Counted from the first letter of the stretch, positions 16,214 to 26,138 are shown. The stretch: DNA of 32,000 nt from Candidatus Saccharimonadota bacterium (GCA_020632335.1 JACKFV010000002.1:40181-72180), one strand, 5' to 3'. Translations and numbers: made by a program. Notes: generated by a model from the letters alone, not told the origin.

Positions 16214-17998
16214 ATGAGCCTGCGCATCGCCAAGGACGCCTCTGGGCAGTATGTACACACGCCCTCTATGGAGGCGAAAAAGCACAAGATTGCCAGCTTT
16301 GGCACGCGTCAGCGGGTGGAGAATACCGCGGTGGTGGAGCGGTTCTTGCGCGAACTGGTGGCGGATATCCCCCCGGATAAGAAGACGCTCGAGCAGCGCA
16401 AGTACACTTTTGCGGCGGCGGAGCAGCTCCCACTCATCGAGAACCGGGACCTCATCGCCATCGCGCAGCAGTGGGAGCAGCAGGGGAATCCTGTACCAGA
16501 GACGCTCCTCCAACTGCTGCGGAAGCGCTCCGTGCGGACCATCAGCGGGGTCAGCCCCATTGGCATCCTCACCAAGCCCTACCCCTGCCCCGGCAAGTGC
16601 GTCTACTGCCCGACGGAAGACCGCATGCCCAAAAGCTACATGAGCAACCAGCCCGCCGCGGCACGCGCCCTGCGGAATAAATTTCACCCCTATGACCAGG
16701 TCATCAACCGGCTGCACGCGCTGGAGGACAGCGGCCACCCCGTCAGCAAGCTGGAGGTGATCGTCATGGGCGGCACCTGGAGCTTCCTCCCCAAGAAATA
16801 CCAGAGCTGGTACTGCAAGAAAATCTACGACGCGGCCAATGATGACGGGCGCGTACACGCCACGCACAAGAGTCTCTCGGCCAGCCAGCACGCTAATGAG
16901 ACCGCTGCACGCAAGATCATCGGGCTGACGCTGGAGACGCGCCCGGATTTCATCACCCCCAAGGAGCTCTACCGTATGCGCCAGTACGGCTGCACGAGGA
17001 TAGAGATCGGGGTACAGACGCTGGACGACACGGTGCAAACCCTCACCAAACGGGGGCACAAGAAGGCCGAGGTAGTACGCGCTATGCGGCTGATGAAGGA
17101 CTACGGGTTCAAGGTCTGCTGGCACCTGATGCCCGGGCTACCCGGCTCTACGCCCGAGAAGGACCTGCAGTGGCTGCGTGAGGTATTCGAGGACCCCGAC
17201 TGCCGCCCGGACTTTGTGAAGATCTACCCCTGTGTGGTGCTGGAGACCGCTGAGCTGAAGCAGTGGTGGCAAGAGGGCCGCTACCAGCCCTACACCGACG
17301 AGCAGCTCATCAAGCTGCTGCTGCAGTTCAAGACCTTTGTACCGCCCTGGACGCGCGTCATGCGGCTGATGCGCGACATCCCCGTGACCAACATCCTCGA
17401 CGGGGCCAAGTTCTCTAACCTTCGGCAGATACTGCGGTCTCAGCCCGAGAAGCTGCGCGAGATAGTAGGGGAGCAGTGGTACACCGCCTACCAGGCCGAG
17501 CGAGCCGAAGAGTCGGGGAGCTGGCCCTGCCGGTGCATCCGTTGTAGAGAGATTGGCTTCCAGAGCTTTGCCACCGCGGCAGAGGTGCCCGTGCCGGTGC
17601 TCAAACGCCGCAGCTATAGCGCCAGTGGGGGCACGGAGGAGTTTCTCAGCTTTGAGAGCGAGGACGAGCAGCACCTCTTTGCCCTGCTACGGCTACGGCG
17701 CCCCAGTGGGAAGAGCCCACTACTACAGTGGGAGGGCATACTGGGGGAGGGCTGCGCGCTCATCCGTGAGGTGCACAGCTATGGGAGTGAGATCGCCGTG
17801 GGAGACAGTGCCGGAGTGGGGCAGCACCGCGGACTGGGCACACGACTCATGCACGAAGCCGAGCGCTTAGCGCGGGAGGAGTGGGGTTGCCACACCATGA
17901 CGGTCATCGCGGGGGTGGGCACGCGGGACTACTACCGCAGGTTTGGCTATACCCTCCAGCATACGTATATGGTCAAGCGTCTACTCCAGAGCCACTAG
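16214..17998 (+). CDS. elp3: Elp3-type radical-SAM/GNAT enzyme (tRNA U34 carboxymethylation family)
   Basis: 594 aa. RTISGVSPIGILTKPYPCPGKCVYCP matches the Elp3 N-terminal block with the CxxxCxxC iron-sulfur motif. A TIM-like radical-SAM core follows (IEIGVQTLDD). The C-terminal GNAT domain carries the acetyl-CoA motif QHRGLGTRLMHEAERLA. Confidence 0.85.
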   Translation: MSLRIAKDASGQYVHTPSMEAKKHKIASFGTRQRVENTAVVERFLRELVADIPPDKKTLEQRKYTFAAAEQLPLIENRDLIAIAQQWEQQGNPVPETLLQLLRKRSVRTISGVSPIGILTKPYPCPGKCVYCPTEDRMPKSYMSNQPAAARALRNKFHPYDQVINRLHALEDSGHPVSKLEVIVMGGTWSFLPKKYQSWYCKKIYDAANDDGRVHATHKSLSASQHANETAARKIIGLTLETRPDFITPKELYRMRQYGCTRIEIGVQTLDDTVQTLTKRGHKKAEVVRAMRLMKDYGFKVCWHLMPGLPGSTPEKDLQWLREVFEDPDCRPDFVKIYPCVVLETAELKQWWQEGRYQPYTDEQLIKLLLQFKTFVPPWTRVMRLMRDIPVTNILDGAKFSNLRQILRSQPEKLREIVGEQWYTAYQAERAEESGSWPCRCIRCREIGFQSFATAAEVPVPVLKRRSYSASGGTEEFLSFESEDEQHLFALLRLRRPSGKSPLLQWEGILGEGCALIREVHSYGSEIAVGDSAGVGQHRGLGTRLMHEAERLAREEWGCHTMTVIAGVGTRDYYRRFGYTLQHTYMVKRLLQSH

Positions 17999-19215
17999 AG
18001 CCGACCCCGTAGCCAGAGCGCCTCGGCAATGCGCTGCATACTGAGGATAAAGGCCCCCATACGCAGAGAAGTGCGGTGCTGCGTGGCCATAGCAGAGACG
18101 TCGCTCAGGGCCTGCTGCATGGTGTGGGTGAGCTTCTCGTACACTGTCTCAGCGCTCCAGCGGTCACCACTGCGGTTCTGTACCCACTCGTAATAGCTCA
18201 CCGTCACGCCACCGGCATTAGCCAGTATGTCGGGGATAACCGTTATCTGTCGCTCCTCCAGCACCGTATCAGCCGTGGCCGTCACCGGGCCGTTAGCTAG
18301 CTCTACTATCTGCGCCGCCTGCACCAGCGCCGCGTTACCATCATGCACCACGCCGTCCAGCGCAGCCAGCACCAGGGTATCTACTGGTAGGGTAAGCAGC
18401 TCCTCGTTGCTGATGGGCTGCCCCACCGGGTGCTGCGTGACACTCCCGTGTTGTTTTTTAGTGGTCTGTACCGCAGAGACGTCCAGCCCCTCCGGTGCAT
18501 AGAGGCCCCCGCGGCTGTCGCTCACGGCCACTATGCGCATGCCCGCCGCAGCCGCCAGGAGCGCAAAGTGCATCCCGGCATTCCCAAAGCCCTGTACCGC
18601 GACCGTCCTCCCCACAAGCTTCTCGGCCCCCAGGTGCTGCGCCAGTACCGCAAAGCCCCCCTGGCTGGTGGCCGTCCCTCGCCCAGCGCTGCCCCCCAGC
18701 ATCAGTGGTTTGCCCGTGATGAACCCGGGAGAGCTATAGCCCAGGATTTTCTCGTGCTCGTCCAGCATCCAGGCCATGATCTCGGGCGTGGTGTAGACGT
18801 CCGGCGCGGGGATGTCCCGGTCCACTCCAGCGATGTTCTCTTCGGTCAGCCAGCGGCTATAGGCACGGCTGAGCTGCTCCAGCGCCTCTCGGCTCAGTGT
18901 CTTGGGGTCTACCTGGACGCCGCCCTTGCCCCCACCGAGGGGAATGCCCACCACCGCACACTTCAGGCTCATGAGGCTAGCGAGGGTCATCACCTCTGCC
19001 TCATTGGCCTCCGGGTGGAAGCGAATCCCGCCCTTGTACGGCCCCCGGGCACTGCTGTGCTGCACCCGGTACGCGGGGTAACGCTGCCCAGCCACTGAGA
19101 GGGTAGTACGGTGCAGGTGCTCTATGGTCTCCAGCTGCTGGAGGAGCGATGGCGGGAATCCTCCCAGCGTGTGCGCCCGGTGCAGATGGTGGCGGAAGGT
19201 ATCATAGGGGTTCAT
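17995..19215 (-). CDS. gdhA: Glutamate dehydrogenase (Glu/Leu/Phe/Val dehydrogenase family)
   Basis: 406 aa. It has the catalytic block KGGIRFHP...GIPLGGGKGG and the Rossmann motif VAVQGFGNAG. Confidence 0.93.
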   Translation of the reverse strand: MNPYDTFRHHLHRAHTLGGFPPSLLQQLETIEHLHRTTLSVAGQRYPAYRVQHSSARGPYKGGIRFHPEANEAEVMTLASLMSLKCAVVGIPLGGGKGGVQVDPKTLSREALEQLSRAYSRWLTEENIAGVDRDIPAPDVYTTPEIMAWMLDEHEKILGYSSPGFITGKPLMLGGSAGRGTATSQGGFAVLAQHLGAEKLVGRTVAVQGFGNAGMHFALLAAAAGMRIVAVSDSRGGLYAPEGLDVSAVQTTKKQHGSVTQHPVGQPISNEELLTLPVDTLVLAALDGVVHDGNAALVQAAQIVELANGPVTATADTVLEERQITVIPDILANAGGVTVSYYEWVQNRSGDRWSAETVYEKLTHTMQQALSDVSAMATQHRTSLRMGAFILSMQRIAEALWLRGRL

Positions 19216-19236
19216 GGGGAGGGGAGATATATCCCC

Positions 19237-19264
19237 ACTCTAGGCCCTGTACACCTCATGACAA
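19237..19264 (-). promoter_or_regulatory. gdh promoter
   Basis: Minus strand TTGTCA (19264-19259), 16 nt, TAGAGT (19242-19237). It is followed by a 21-nt leader containing a small hairpin GGGGA-TATATC-TCCCC before ATG 19215. It overlaps the 3' end of the ATPase gene. Confidence 0.55.
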
Positions 19265-19269
19265 GCCAC

Positions 19270-21900
19270 CTATGAGAAGCTCTGGTGAAACTGCCTATAC
19301 TGCTTCCACCCCTCACGGAAGAGAATCGGCACCACGCTGGCTATGCCCACAACTCCCCAGTCCTGTATCCCCAGCGGTACGGTGCCGAGGATACGGTTCA
19401 GCCACGGGAGGTAAAGCATGAGCAGCACCAGCAGCACTGAGCTGAGCACCGACACCAGTAAGAAGCTATTATCCCAGAACCGTCGGGTGAGGGGAGCGGT
19501 GTCACTCCGTGCACTGAAGACATTCAGCAGCTGTACCATCACCAGCGCGCTAAAGGCCACCGTCTGCGCGTGCTCGGTGTGGGTAAGCGCCCGCCAGGTC
19601 TCTCCCGCGCTGAAGACCGCATCGCCATAGAGGGTATAGATGTACGCCGCCACCACACTCAGACCAATGAGCGCCCCCATGAGAGCAAAACTCCACACAA
19701 AGCCCCCACGCATCATGCGGGCTTTCGGGTCACGTGGGGGGTGGGTCATGAGGTTTTTCTCGGCGGTGTCCGTCCCCAGCGCAATCGCCGGGAGGATATC
19801 CGTCCCCAGGTCTACACAGAGAATAAGCACGGCCGTCAGCGGCAGAGGGAACTGGAAGATAATCGCCGCAAAGATGGTGATCAGCTCCCCGATGTTGCAG
19901 CTGAAGATAAACCAGACGCACTTTTTCAGGTTGCCGTAGATCCGCCGGCCCTCGCCCACCGCCGTGACGATGCTCGCAAAGGAGTCGTCTTGCAGTACCA
20001 TGGTCGCGGCTTCTTTGCTCACCTCCGTCCCCGTGATGCCCATAGCAACGCCGATATCTGCCTTCTTCAGCGCTGGGGCGTCGTTCACGCCATCACCCGT
20101 CATGGCCACTACTTCGCCCAGGTCTTGCAGCAGGCTGACGATACGCCGCTTCTGCGCTGGGAGTGCGCGCGCGATGATCACCGCCTTACTCCTCTCTCGC
20201 AAGATCTCCTGCAGCTGCTGGTCGCTCATAGCGTCTACGTCAGTGCCCGTGAGCACCAGGTCATTGTTCTCATAGACGATCCCCAGCTCCGACGCTATCG
20301 CCCGTGCCGTGATGCCATAGTCGCCCGTGATGACGATCACCCGCACGCCTGCATAGCGGCACTGCGCCACCGCGTCGCGCACCTCGCTACGGGGGGGGTC
20401 TATCATCCCGATGAGCCCGAGGAAGACGAGCGCGCTCTCGGCCTCAGCCTCAGTGCTGGGGGAGAGTGTCACGCTCTTCTCGGCAAAGGCCAGCACCCGC
20501 AACGCATTCTCGGCCATGTGGCGGTAGTGCTGCTGGATCTCAGCGCGTTTGGCGTCGGTCATGGGCTGCACGGCGTTCCCGTCATGGTAGTGCATGCAGC
20601 GCTCCAGCACTGCATCGGGCGAGCCCTTCACTCGCACGGTACCCCCCGCCACCGTACTCATCATCTTGCGCTCAGCGTCAAAGGGGAATCGCAGCTCTGC
20701 ACGCGGCTCCGCGGGGTGATTGGCCTTGCGTGCTAGGGTCAGCAGGGCGCCCTCAGTGGGGTCTCCCAGCACCATGTACTGGCCCTGGTGCTCCTGCAGT
20801 GTGGCGTCATTACACTGGTCTGCCACCGCGTAGAGCTTCTCGAGCAGGGCATTATGCGCCCGGGCGCCGTCGGTCAGGGGGGTGACGTCCCCTATATGTG
20901 GGTCATACCCCACACCACTCACCTGGTAGAGCGAGCCGTCACTCAGCATAATGGAGCGTACGGTCATCTCGTTTTTGGTCAGGGTACCGGTCTTATCCGA
21001 GCAGATAGTACTCACGGCCCCCAGGGTCTCTACACCGCTCAGGCGCTTCATGATGGCATGCTTGCGCGCCAGCACCCCCGCCCCCAGTGCCAGGGCTATG
21101 GTGATGGTTGTCGGCAGCCCCTCCGGCACGGCAGCAATGGCCACCGAGACCGAGAAGAGCAGGCTATCCACCATGCCCTGGAGATTCCACCCATAGCGCC
21201 AGAGTCCTACAAAGAAGAGCACCACGCACAGCACCAGCGTCACCTTGGCCACAAAGACCCCTATGGTAAGCAGCTCCTTCTGCAGCGGACTCGGGGTTTG
21301 CTCGGTACTGGTGGTCAGCGCGGCTATCTCGCCAAACTGCGTGGCCATGCCCGTGGCCTGCACCTGCATGATGCCACTGCCCTTCACCACGCTGGTACCC
21401 ATGAAGACGCTGTCCTCGGTGTCCTTGCCCACCGGCAGGCTTTCTCCCGTCAGCGCGGCCTCGCTCACCCGCAGCTGCGCACTCTCCCGCAGCACCCCAT
21501 CTGCCGGAACTTTATCTCCCTCACTGAGGATAACGATGTCTCCGGGGACTATCTGGGTCGTGTCGATGAGCTGCTCCTGCCCGTCACGCACTACCCGTAT
21601 AGTGGGGTGTACCATCTGCTTGAGCGCCTCGAGGGTCTTCTCAGTGCGGTACTCCTGGAGGAAGCCAATAGCGCCATTAAGCACCACAATGCCCATGATA
21701 ACGATGCTGTCGGTGGTCTCGCCGAGGAGAAACGCCAGCACCCCCGCCACCAGCAAGATGATCACCAGCACGTCGGTAAACTGCCGCAGGAGGATCTTCC
21801 ACCAGGTATTGGGGTTCTGCGTCAGCAGTTCATTGCGCCCATACTGCTGCTGCAGGGCCGGAATAGTGCTACTCTGAAGGCCAGAAAACGACGTCTGCAT
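19270..21900 (-). CDS. Cation-transporting P-type ATPase (P2-type, Ca2+/Mg2+-like)
   Basis: Motifs TGES, PEGLP, CSDKTGTLT, TGDGVNDAPAL and about 10 TM helices. I prefer ATG 21900 (MQTSFSG...). The ORF-track start at 21930 is a GTG 10 codons upstream. Confidence 0.9.
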   Translation of the reverse strand: MQTSFSGLQSSTIPALQQQYGRNELLTQNPNTWWKILLRQFTDVLVIILLVAGVLAFLLGETTDSIVIMGIVVLNGAIGFLQEYRTEKTLEALKQMVHPTIRVVRDGQEQLIDTTQIVPGDIVILSEGDKVPADGVLRESAQLRVSEAALTGESLPVGKDTEDSVFMGTSVVKGSGIMQVQATGMATQFGEIAALTTSTEQTPSPLQKELLTIGVFVAKVTLVLCVVLFFVGLWRYGWNLQGMVDSLLFSVSVAIAAVPEGLPTTITIALALGAGVLARKHAIMKRLSGVETLGAVSTICSDKTGTLTKNEMTVRSIMLSDGSLYQVSGVGYDPHIGDVTPLTDGARAHNALLEKLYAVADQCNDATLQEHQGQYMVLGDPTEGALLTLARKANHPAEPRAELRFPFDAERKMMSTVAGGTVRVKGSPDAVLERCMHYHDGNAVQPMTDAKRAEIQQHYRHMAENALRVLAFAEKSVTLSPSTEAEAESALVFLGLIGMIDPPRSEVRDAVAQCRYAGVRVIVITGDYGITARAIASELGIVYENNDLVLTGTDVDAMSDQQLQEILRERSKAVIIARALPAQKRRIVSLLQDLGEVVAMTGDGVNDAPALKKADIGVAMGITGTEVSKEAATMVLQDDSFASIVTAVGEGRRIYGNLKKCVWFIFSCNIGELITIFAAIIFQFPLPLTAVLILCVDLGTDILPAIALGTDTAEKNLMTHPPRDPKARMMRGGFVWSFALMGALIGLSVVAAYIYTLYGDAVFSAGETWRALTHTEHAQTVAFSALVMVQLLNVFSARSDTAPLTRRFWDNSFLLVSVLSSVLLVLLMLYLPWLNRILGTVPLGIQDWGVVGIASVVPILFREGWKQYRQFHQSFS

Positions 21901-21972
21901 AAGCGGTAGTATGAGGAAAATGCGGCGCACTGCCAGCCACCAGCGGGAGAAATCCCTTGCACTGAGCGCGCT

Positions 21973-22419
21973 TTATCGTGCAGAGAGAGACCCTGGCGTA
22001 CGCTGCAGATTAAACTGCATCAGCGAGTGAAACGCATAGTCGCGCTGGGGGCTCTGTACTACCTGCTTCTCTTGGGCAAAGCTAATGGCCTGGCCCTCGG
22101 GGAGAAGCTGCCACTGTGTCCCCCCACTCACGATCTCCACCGCTGATCGGTACGCCGCCGAGTAGGCCGCTATCTCCGCACTACTGCGTACGGGGAGCTG
22201 CTGGCTCTCCTCCGGCATGGCACTGTGCGGAGATGTTTGCTCCGCTACAGTACTGGCTTTCGAAGCCTCTTCCGCCACACGGAGCTTCTCCGCCGCTGCC
22301 AGCTGCGCCTGGAGCTGCTGGGCCTGCTTGTTGGCCTCTGCCTGCTGCGCCTGGAGTGAGACGTCTTGGCTCTTGGCCATCTGCTGGATCTGCGCGAGGA
22401 TATCGGGTTGTTGGGTCAT
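21973..22419 (-). CDS. Hypothetical Gln/Ala-rich coiled-coil protein
   Basis: 148 aa from ATG 22419 (MTQQPDILAQIQQMAKSQ...). Composition is native-like. No motif recognised. The start choice is uncertain. Confidence 0.5.
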   Translation of the reverse strand: MTQQPDILAQIQQMAKSQDVSLQAQQAEANKQAQQLQAQLAAAEKLRVAEEASKASTVAEQTSPHSAMPEESQQLPVRSSAEIAAYSAAYRSAVEIVSGGTQWQLLPEGQAISFAQEKQVVQSPQRDYAFHSLMQFNLQRTPGSLSAR

Positions 22420-22498
22420 GGAGTCTGGGTATCCCTCTAGCCTAGCACGACTCTGGTGCCATCTGCAAGAGCTTCTCTCTCGATTTTCTCTGCCGAGG

Positions 22499-22526
22499 TT
22501 GTCATACGCTATCATCGCCCTAGGAT
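22499..22526 (+). promoter_or_regulatory. Promoter of the membrane-protein/exonuclease/GT2 operon, leaderless configuration
   Basis: TTGTCA (22499-22504), 16 nt, TAGGAT (22521-22526), 6 nt (GAGCCT), ATG 22533. Confidence 0.55.
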
Positions 22527-22532
22527 GAGCCT

Positions 22533-22940
22533 ATGATGCAGTACTGGCTTCTCCTCAGCACTATTGTGTTCCTCGCAGCTGCGGTGCTCTATACCACGCT
22601 GACGGAGATAGACCCCACGGGCGACCAAGCTATGGTGGCGTATACGACGTTTTTCATCGCGGTGTTTGCGGGAGTGTGGGCGCTAGTGGTGCTCGTGCAT
22701 ATGGGGGCGGTGCGCCTGTGGGAGGGGAGAGCCATCACGGGGAAGGGCTTCCGTACCGCGGTGCGCCGAGGCTTTCTCATCGCGCTGTACCTCTGTATTC
22801 TCTGCGTCTTGCAGCTCTACCGGGTACTGGGGGTGCTGGAGCTGAGCATCACTACGCTGCTTTTCCTGGCTCTGGAGTACACCTACGCGGCCCCCACACT
22901 GCCCCCCACGCCTGCTGACCCCCCTGCTGATGACGCCTAA
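22533..22940 (+). CDS. Hypothetical four-TM membrane protein
   Basis: 135 aa with four hydrophobic helices and a Pro/Ala-rich tail. It overlaps the next gene by 11 nt. Confidence 0.6.
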   Translation: MMQYWLLLSTIVFLAAAVLYTTLTEIDPTGDQAMVAYTTFFIAVFAGVWALVVLVHMGAVRLWEGRAITGKGFRTAVRRGFLIALYLCILCVLQLYRVLGVLELSITTLLFLALEYTYAAPTLPPTPADPPADDA

Positions 22941-23850
22941 CCACCTGCTGATAGACGGCCACGCCATGATGTTTCGTGCCTTCTACGGTGCGGGGAAGAC
23001 CCTCAGCGCGCACCACCCCGAGACAGAAGAGGACCTCAGCATGGTGTACGCCTTTGGGCTGATTATCCTCCAGGCACTGGAGCAGCTGCGGCCAAACCAC
23101 ATCATGGTGGCTTTTGATCGGGCGGAGAAAACCTTCCGCCACGAGGCCGATACCGACTACAAGGCCCAGCGTGGCAAGGCCCCAGATGTCTTCTTTGCGC
23201 AGGTGCCCCACTGCCAAGAGATGCTGGAGCAGATGCACATCCCCACTGCTAGCCTGGCGGGCTATGAGGCCGACGACATCATCGGGACGCTCGCGTTGCG
23301 GTCAGCTGCACTGGGGAATCAGGTCGAGATCCTCAGCCATGACCTGGACTACACCCAGCTGGTCAGCCAGCAGATTACACTCTGCAGACCCGGTAAACGC
23401 CAGCAAATAGAGCGCATCACCCCGGCCGAGGTAGTGGCGCGGTATGGCCTGCCCCCCGAGCAAATGGTGGACTACAAGGCGCTCATCGGCGATAGCAGCG
23501 ACAACTACAAGGGCATAGAAGGCATAGGCCCCAAGGCCGCCAAGCAGCTGCTGGAGCGCTACGGGAGCATCACGCAGCTGCTGTCTCAGCTGGAGACACT
23601 CCCCGAGAAGTGGCGAAAAAAGATCGCCCCGCAGGTGGACTCCCTGCTGCACTGCCAGCATCTGGCGGCCATCCATACTGACGTCCCGCTGGACTACACC
23701 TTCACGCCCTATGACCCCACGGGCGCCACGGCTAGTAGTTTCTTCATGTTGATGGGCTTTCCCTCGCTCTACCGCCGGTGGGAGAAATACCTGCAGCTGG
23801 GTGAGCAGCCCCTCCCGCCGCCTCCTGCGGAGCAGCCCTCACTCTTCTAG
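22930..23850 (+). CDS. Stand-alone 5'-3' exonuclease / flap endonuclease (Pol I N-terminal domain homologue)
   Basis: 306 aa. LLIDGHAMMFRAFYG, YKAQR, GYEADDIIGT, DLDYTQLV and the H3TH motif IGDSSDNYKGIEGIGPKAAKQLL. No polymerase domain follows. Confidence 0.85.
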   Translation: MTPNHLLIDGHAMMFRAFYGAGKTLSAHHPETEEDLSMVYAFGLIILQALEQLRPNHIMVAFDRAEKTFRHEADTDYKAQRGKAPDVFFAQVPHCQEMLEQMHIPTASLAGYEADDIIGTLALRSAALGNQVEILSHDLDYTQLVSQQITLCRPGKRQQIERITPAEVVARYGLPPEQMVDYKALIGDSSDNYKGIEGIGPKAAKQLLERYGSITQLLSQLETLPEKWRKKIAPQVDSLLHCQHLAAIHTDVPLDYTFTPYDPTGATASSFFMLMGFPSLYRRWEKYLQLGEQPLPPPPAEQPSLF

Positions 23851-23853
23851 CCC

Positions 23854-24897
23854 ATGCCTGCAACTCTCCCACATGTGGTGCTGGGCGTCCTCACCCATAA
23901 TAGCAGCCGCTATCTCCCACACACGGTGCCTTCCTACCTGGCGCAAAGAGGGGTCCGCTGCCAGGTGCTCGTGCTGGATAACGCCTCTAGTGATGACACC
24001 TGCGCCCTCCTGCAGCGCTCTAGCCCCGCCATTACGGTAGTCCAGAGTGAGCAGAATCTGGGGTTCAGCGCCGGGCATAACGCGCTTTTGCGTCTGGCCG
24101 TAGAGCAGGGGGCTACCTACTACGCGTGCATTAATGCCGACTGTCTCCTCGCGCCCGACTACCTGGCTCAGCTCTGCAGAGCGCTGGAAAACACCCCCGA
24201 TGCCGCCAGTGCCACGGGCCACGTGTACCGCTGGTACTTCCCTATGGAGCTCTTTCTCTGCCAGCTGAGCACTGACCTGCCCACGGACACCACCGGCATC
24301 GCTATGAGCCGTGCCCACCACTGGACGGATATCGCTCAGGGGCAGCGAGTACTCGCCGGAGCGGGGAGCACTCCTGGCTCGCCATGGGGGGTAAGTGGCG
24401 CCGCGGCGGTCTATAAACTGAGCGCACTGGAGGCCACCGCGCACCGGGTGACGGGGCAGGCAGAGTATTTCGACGAGCTCATCAATATGTATAAGGAGGA
24501 CGTGGAGCTCAGCTACCGGCTGCGCAGCGCGGGGTATGGCGCCTGCTATGTACCCACGGCGCACGCCTGGCATGACCGCACGGTGGCCAGTCGCAGCGGC
24601 TGGGGGAGGATTGTGCAGCTCTGGGAGCGCATCACAGACCCGCAGCTCTCTTCGCAGCGTAGCTATGCGCACCAGCGCTACATCGTGTGGAAGTACCGGC
24701 CGCTCTGGCGTAGCACTGCCCGCAAATGGCCCACCTGGTGGAGAATCCTCTGGCAGTGGCTGTATATGCTACTGCTCGAGCCACAGTGCCTCCGGGCTTG
24801 GTGGAGGCTCCAGCGCGAAGAGAAGCCCGCCATGCTGGCCAAGCAGCGCGAACTCTTTGACCGTATCCTCCCCATAGCACGCCAAGGCCAGCACTAG
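23854..24897 (+). CDS. Family 2 glycosyltransferase
   Basis: 347 aa. The N-terminal GT-A fold carries VVLGVLTHNS...VLDNASSDDT and the acidic motif INADCLL. It starts 3 nt after the exonuclease stop. Confidence 0.8.
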   Translation: MPATLPHVVLGVLTHNSSRYLPHTVPSYLAQRGVRCQVLVLDNASSDDTCALLQRSSPAITVVQSEQNLGFSAGHNALLRLAVEQGATYYACINADCLLAPDYLAQLCRALENTPDAASATGHVYRWYFPMELFLCQLSTDLPTDTTGIAMSRAHHWTDIAQGQRVLAGAGSTPGSPWGVSGAAAVYKLSALEATAHRVTGQAEYFDELINMYKEDVELSYRLRSAGYGACYVPTAHAWHDRTVASRSGWGRIVQLWERITDPQLSSQRSYAHQRYIVWKYRPLWRSTARKWPTWWRILWQWLYMLLLEPQCLRAWWRLQREEKPAMLAKQRELFDRILPIARQGQH

Positions 24898-26138
24898 GTA
24901 CTGCCGAAGCTAGGGCCGGTGGTGGGGATGGGCGTGAAGGGGTTGTCCGTCATGCGTATGGTCCCCAGGTTCTGCTCGATGAGGGTCTGGTTGTTACTCA
25001 GCAGGTTCTGCAGTGAGCGGAGGCCCTTATCGTACTGCTCCAGCTGCCGGAGGATAAGTAGCCGCGACTCCCGCGCCACCTGCGCCGTGTCATACTGCTG
25101 GCGGGCGGCTACCACACTGGGCAGGGCGTCTTGTACCGAGCGAGCGCTCAGCGTATCATAGCCCTCCTTCAGCGCCAGGGTAGCACTCCCCGAGGCTACT
25201 TTTGCGCTCTCCATCTGCGTGGTCAGGCCCTGTATCTGCCGGTAGAGTTTCTCTCGCACCACGCCAGATTCGTCCAGAAATTCTACTATCTGCCCCTGGA
25301 GCTGCTGCAGCCGGGCGCGTCTATCTGCCACCGTAGCACCGGATACCAGCGTCTCTAGCGGCTGGTTAAACTGCCGCTGCACTCGCGCGATGAGGTCCAG
25401 GCCGCGGTTCATGCCGTCTTGCAACAGGGTATCCCGCTGTATGGTGAGCTCCTGATGCGCGATGAGCACGGGCGTCACGCTGGCGTAGCGGGCTGTGGTG
25501 GTGTCTGCTAGGGGAGTGGTCACCATACTACCACCCTCCGCAGTAGTACTCGCATTGCTGGCGTCGGTGGTGTCGCTAGAGGAGCCCTTGCCAAACCAGC
25601 CCTTCACACGGCTCCAGAAGCCGCTCTTCTCGGCACTGGTCTCGGCGGTAGAGGTGCTTGTATTACTGGCCACGGGCGTGACTACTCGCACACTGGAGCT
25701 CCCGCTATTACTCCTCATCTCAGAGCTTGTACTCGTGCTACTCACATTGCTCACCATGGGCGTAGTCACTGCGGGGGTCTTCTCGTCCTCATCACGGCCG
25801 CCAGAGAACATCCCCACCACCAGCCACACCAGCAGCCCCGCCACCACTACGAATCCGCCAAAGAAACTCACCGAGACTATCTGCCGACGCAGCGGCCCCC
25901 AGAACCCCGCCCCGCCACCAGCCTCTGCACTGGAGAATTCGGAGTCCGCCAGCAGCGCGTCTAGGTCGTCCAGCTCGGCCTTGCGTAGTTCCTCCTCGGC
26001 TGTGGGGGTTACCACCGGCACGGGGGTGTCAAAGGGATTGTCAGAGAGCGAGGAAAACTCCTCAGCCGCTGTGGGAATCGCGGGCTCAGTAGGAGCTTGA
26101 CCCGTAGTGGCAGGGAGCGGCGCGGAGTGCTCGGTCAT
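24894..26138 (-). CDS. Hypothetical single-pass membrane protein with a Ser/Thr-rich linker and helical C-terminal domain
   Basis: 414 aa from ATG 26138 (MTEHSAPLP...). The ATG is placed by the TATACT-6nt-ATG promoter. One TM helix (SVSFFGGFVVVAGLLVWLVVGMF), then a long S/T-rich tract, then a Q/L-rich helical region. Confidence 0.6.
   Translation of the reverse strand: MTEHSAPLPATTGQAPTEPAIPTAAEEFSSLSDNPFDTPVPVVTPTAEEELRKAELDDLDALLADSEFSSAEAGGGAGFWGPLRRQIVSVSFFGGFVVVAGLLVWLVVGMFSGGRDEDEKTPAVTTPMVSNVSSTSTSSEMRSNSGSSSVRVVTPVASNTSTSTAETSAEKSGFWSRVKGWFGKGSSSDTTDASNASTTAEGGSMVTTPLADTTTARYASVTPVLIAHQELTIQRDTLLQDGMNRGLDLIARVQRQFNQPLETLVSGATVADRRARLQQLQGQIVEFLDESGVVREKLYRQIQGLTTQMESAKVASGSATLALKEGYDTLSARSVQDALPSVVAARQQYDTAQVARESRLLILRQLEQYDKGLRSLQNLLSNNQTLIEQNLGTIRMTDNPFTPIPTTGPSFGST

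Noticed and set aside
16166-17125. 319-aa minus-strand ORF; similar long antisense ORFs at 5962-6930, 19570-20736, 20788-21909, 26165-27382 and 28005-28562
   Set aside because: Each is antisense to a gene with strong family motifs (Elp3, M42 peptidase, P-type ATPase, MscS, gltX) and has no motifs of its own. These are GC-driven shadow ORFs.
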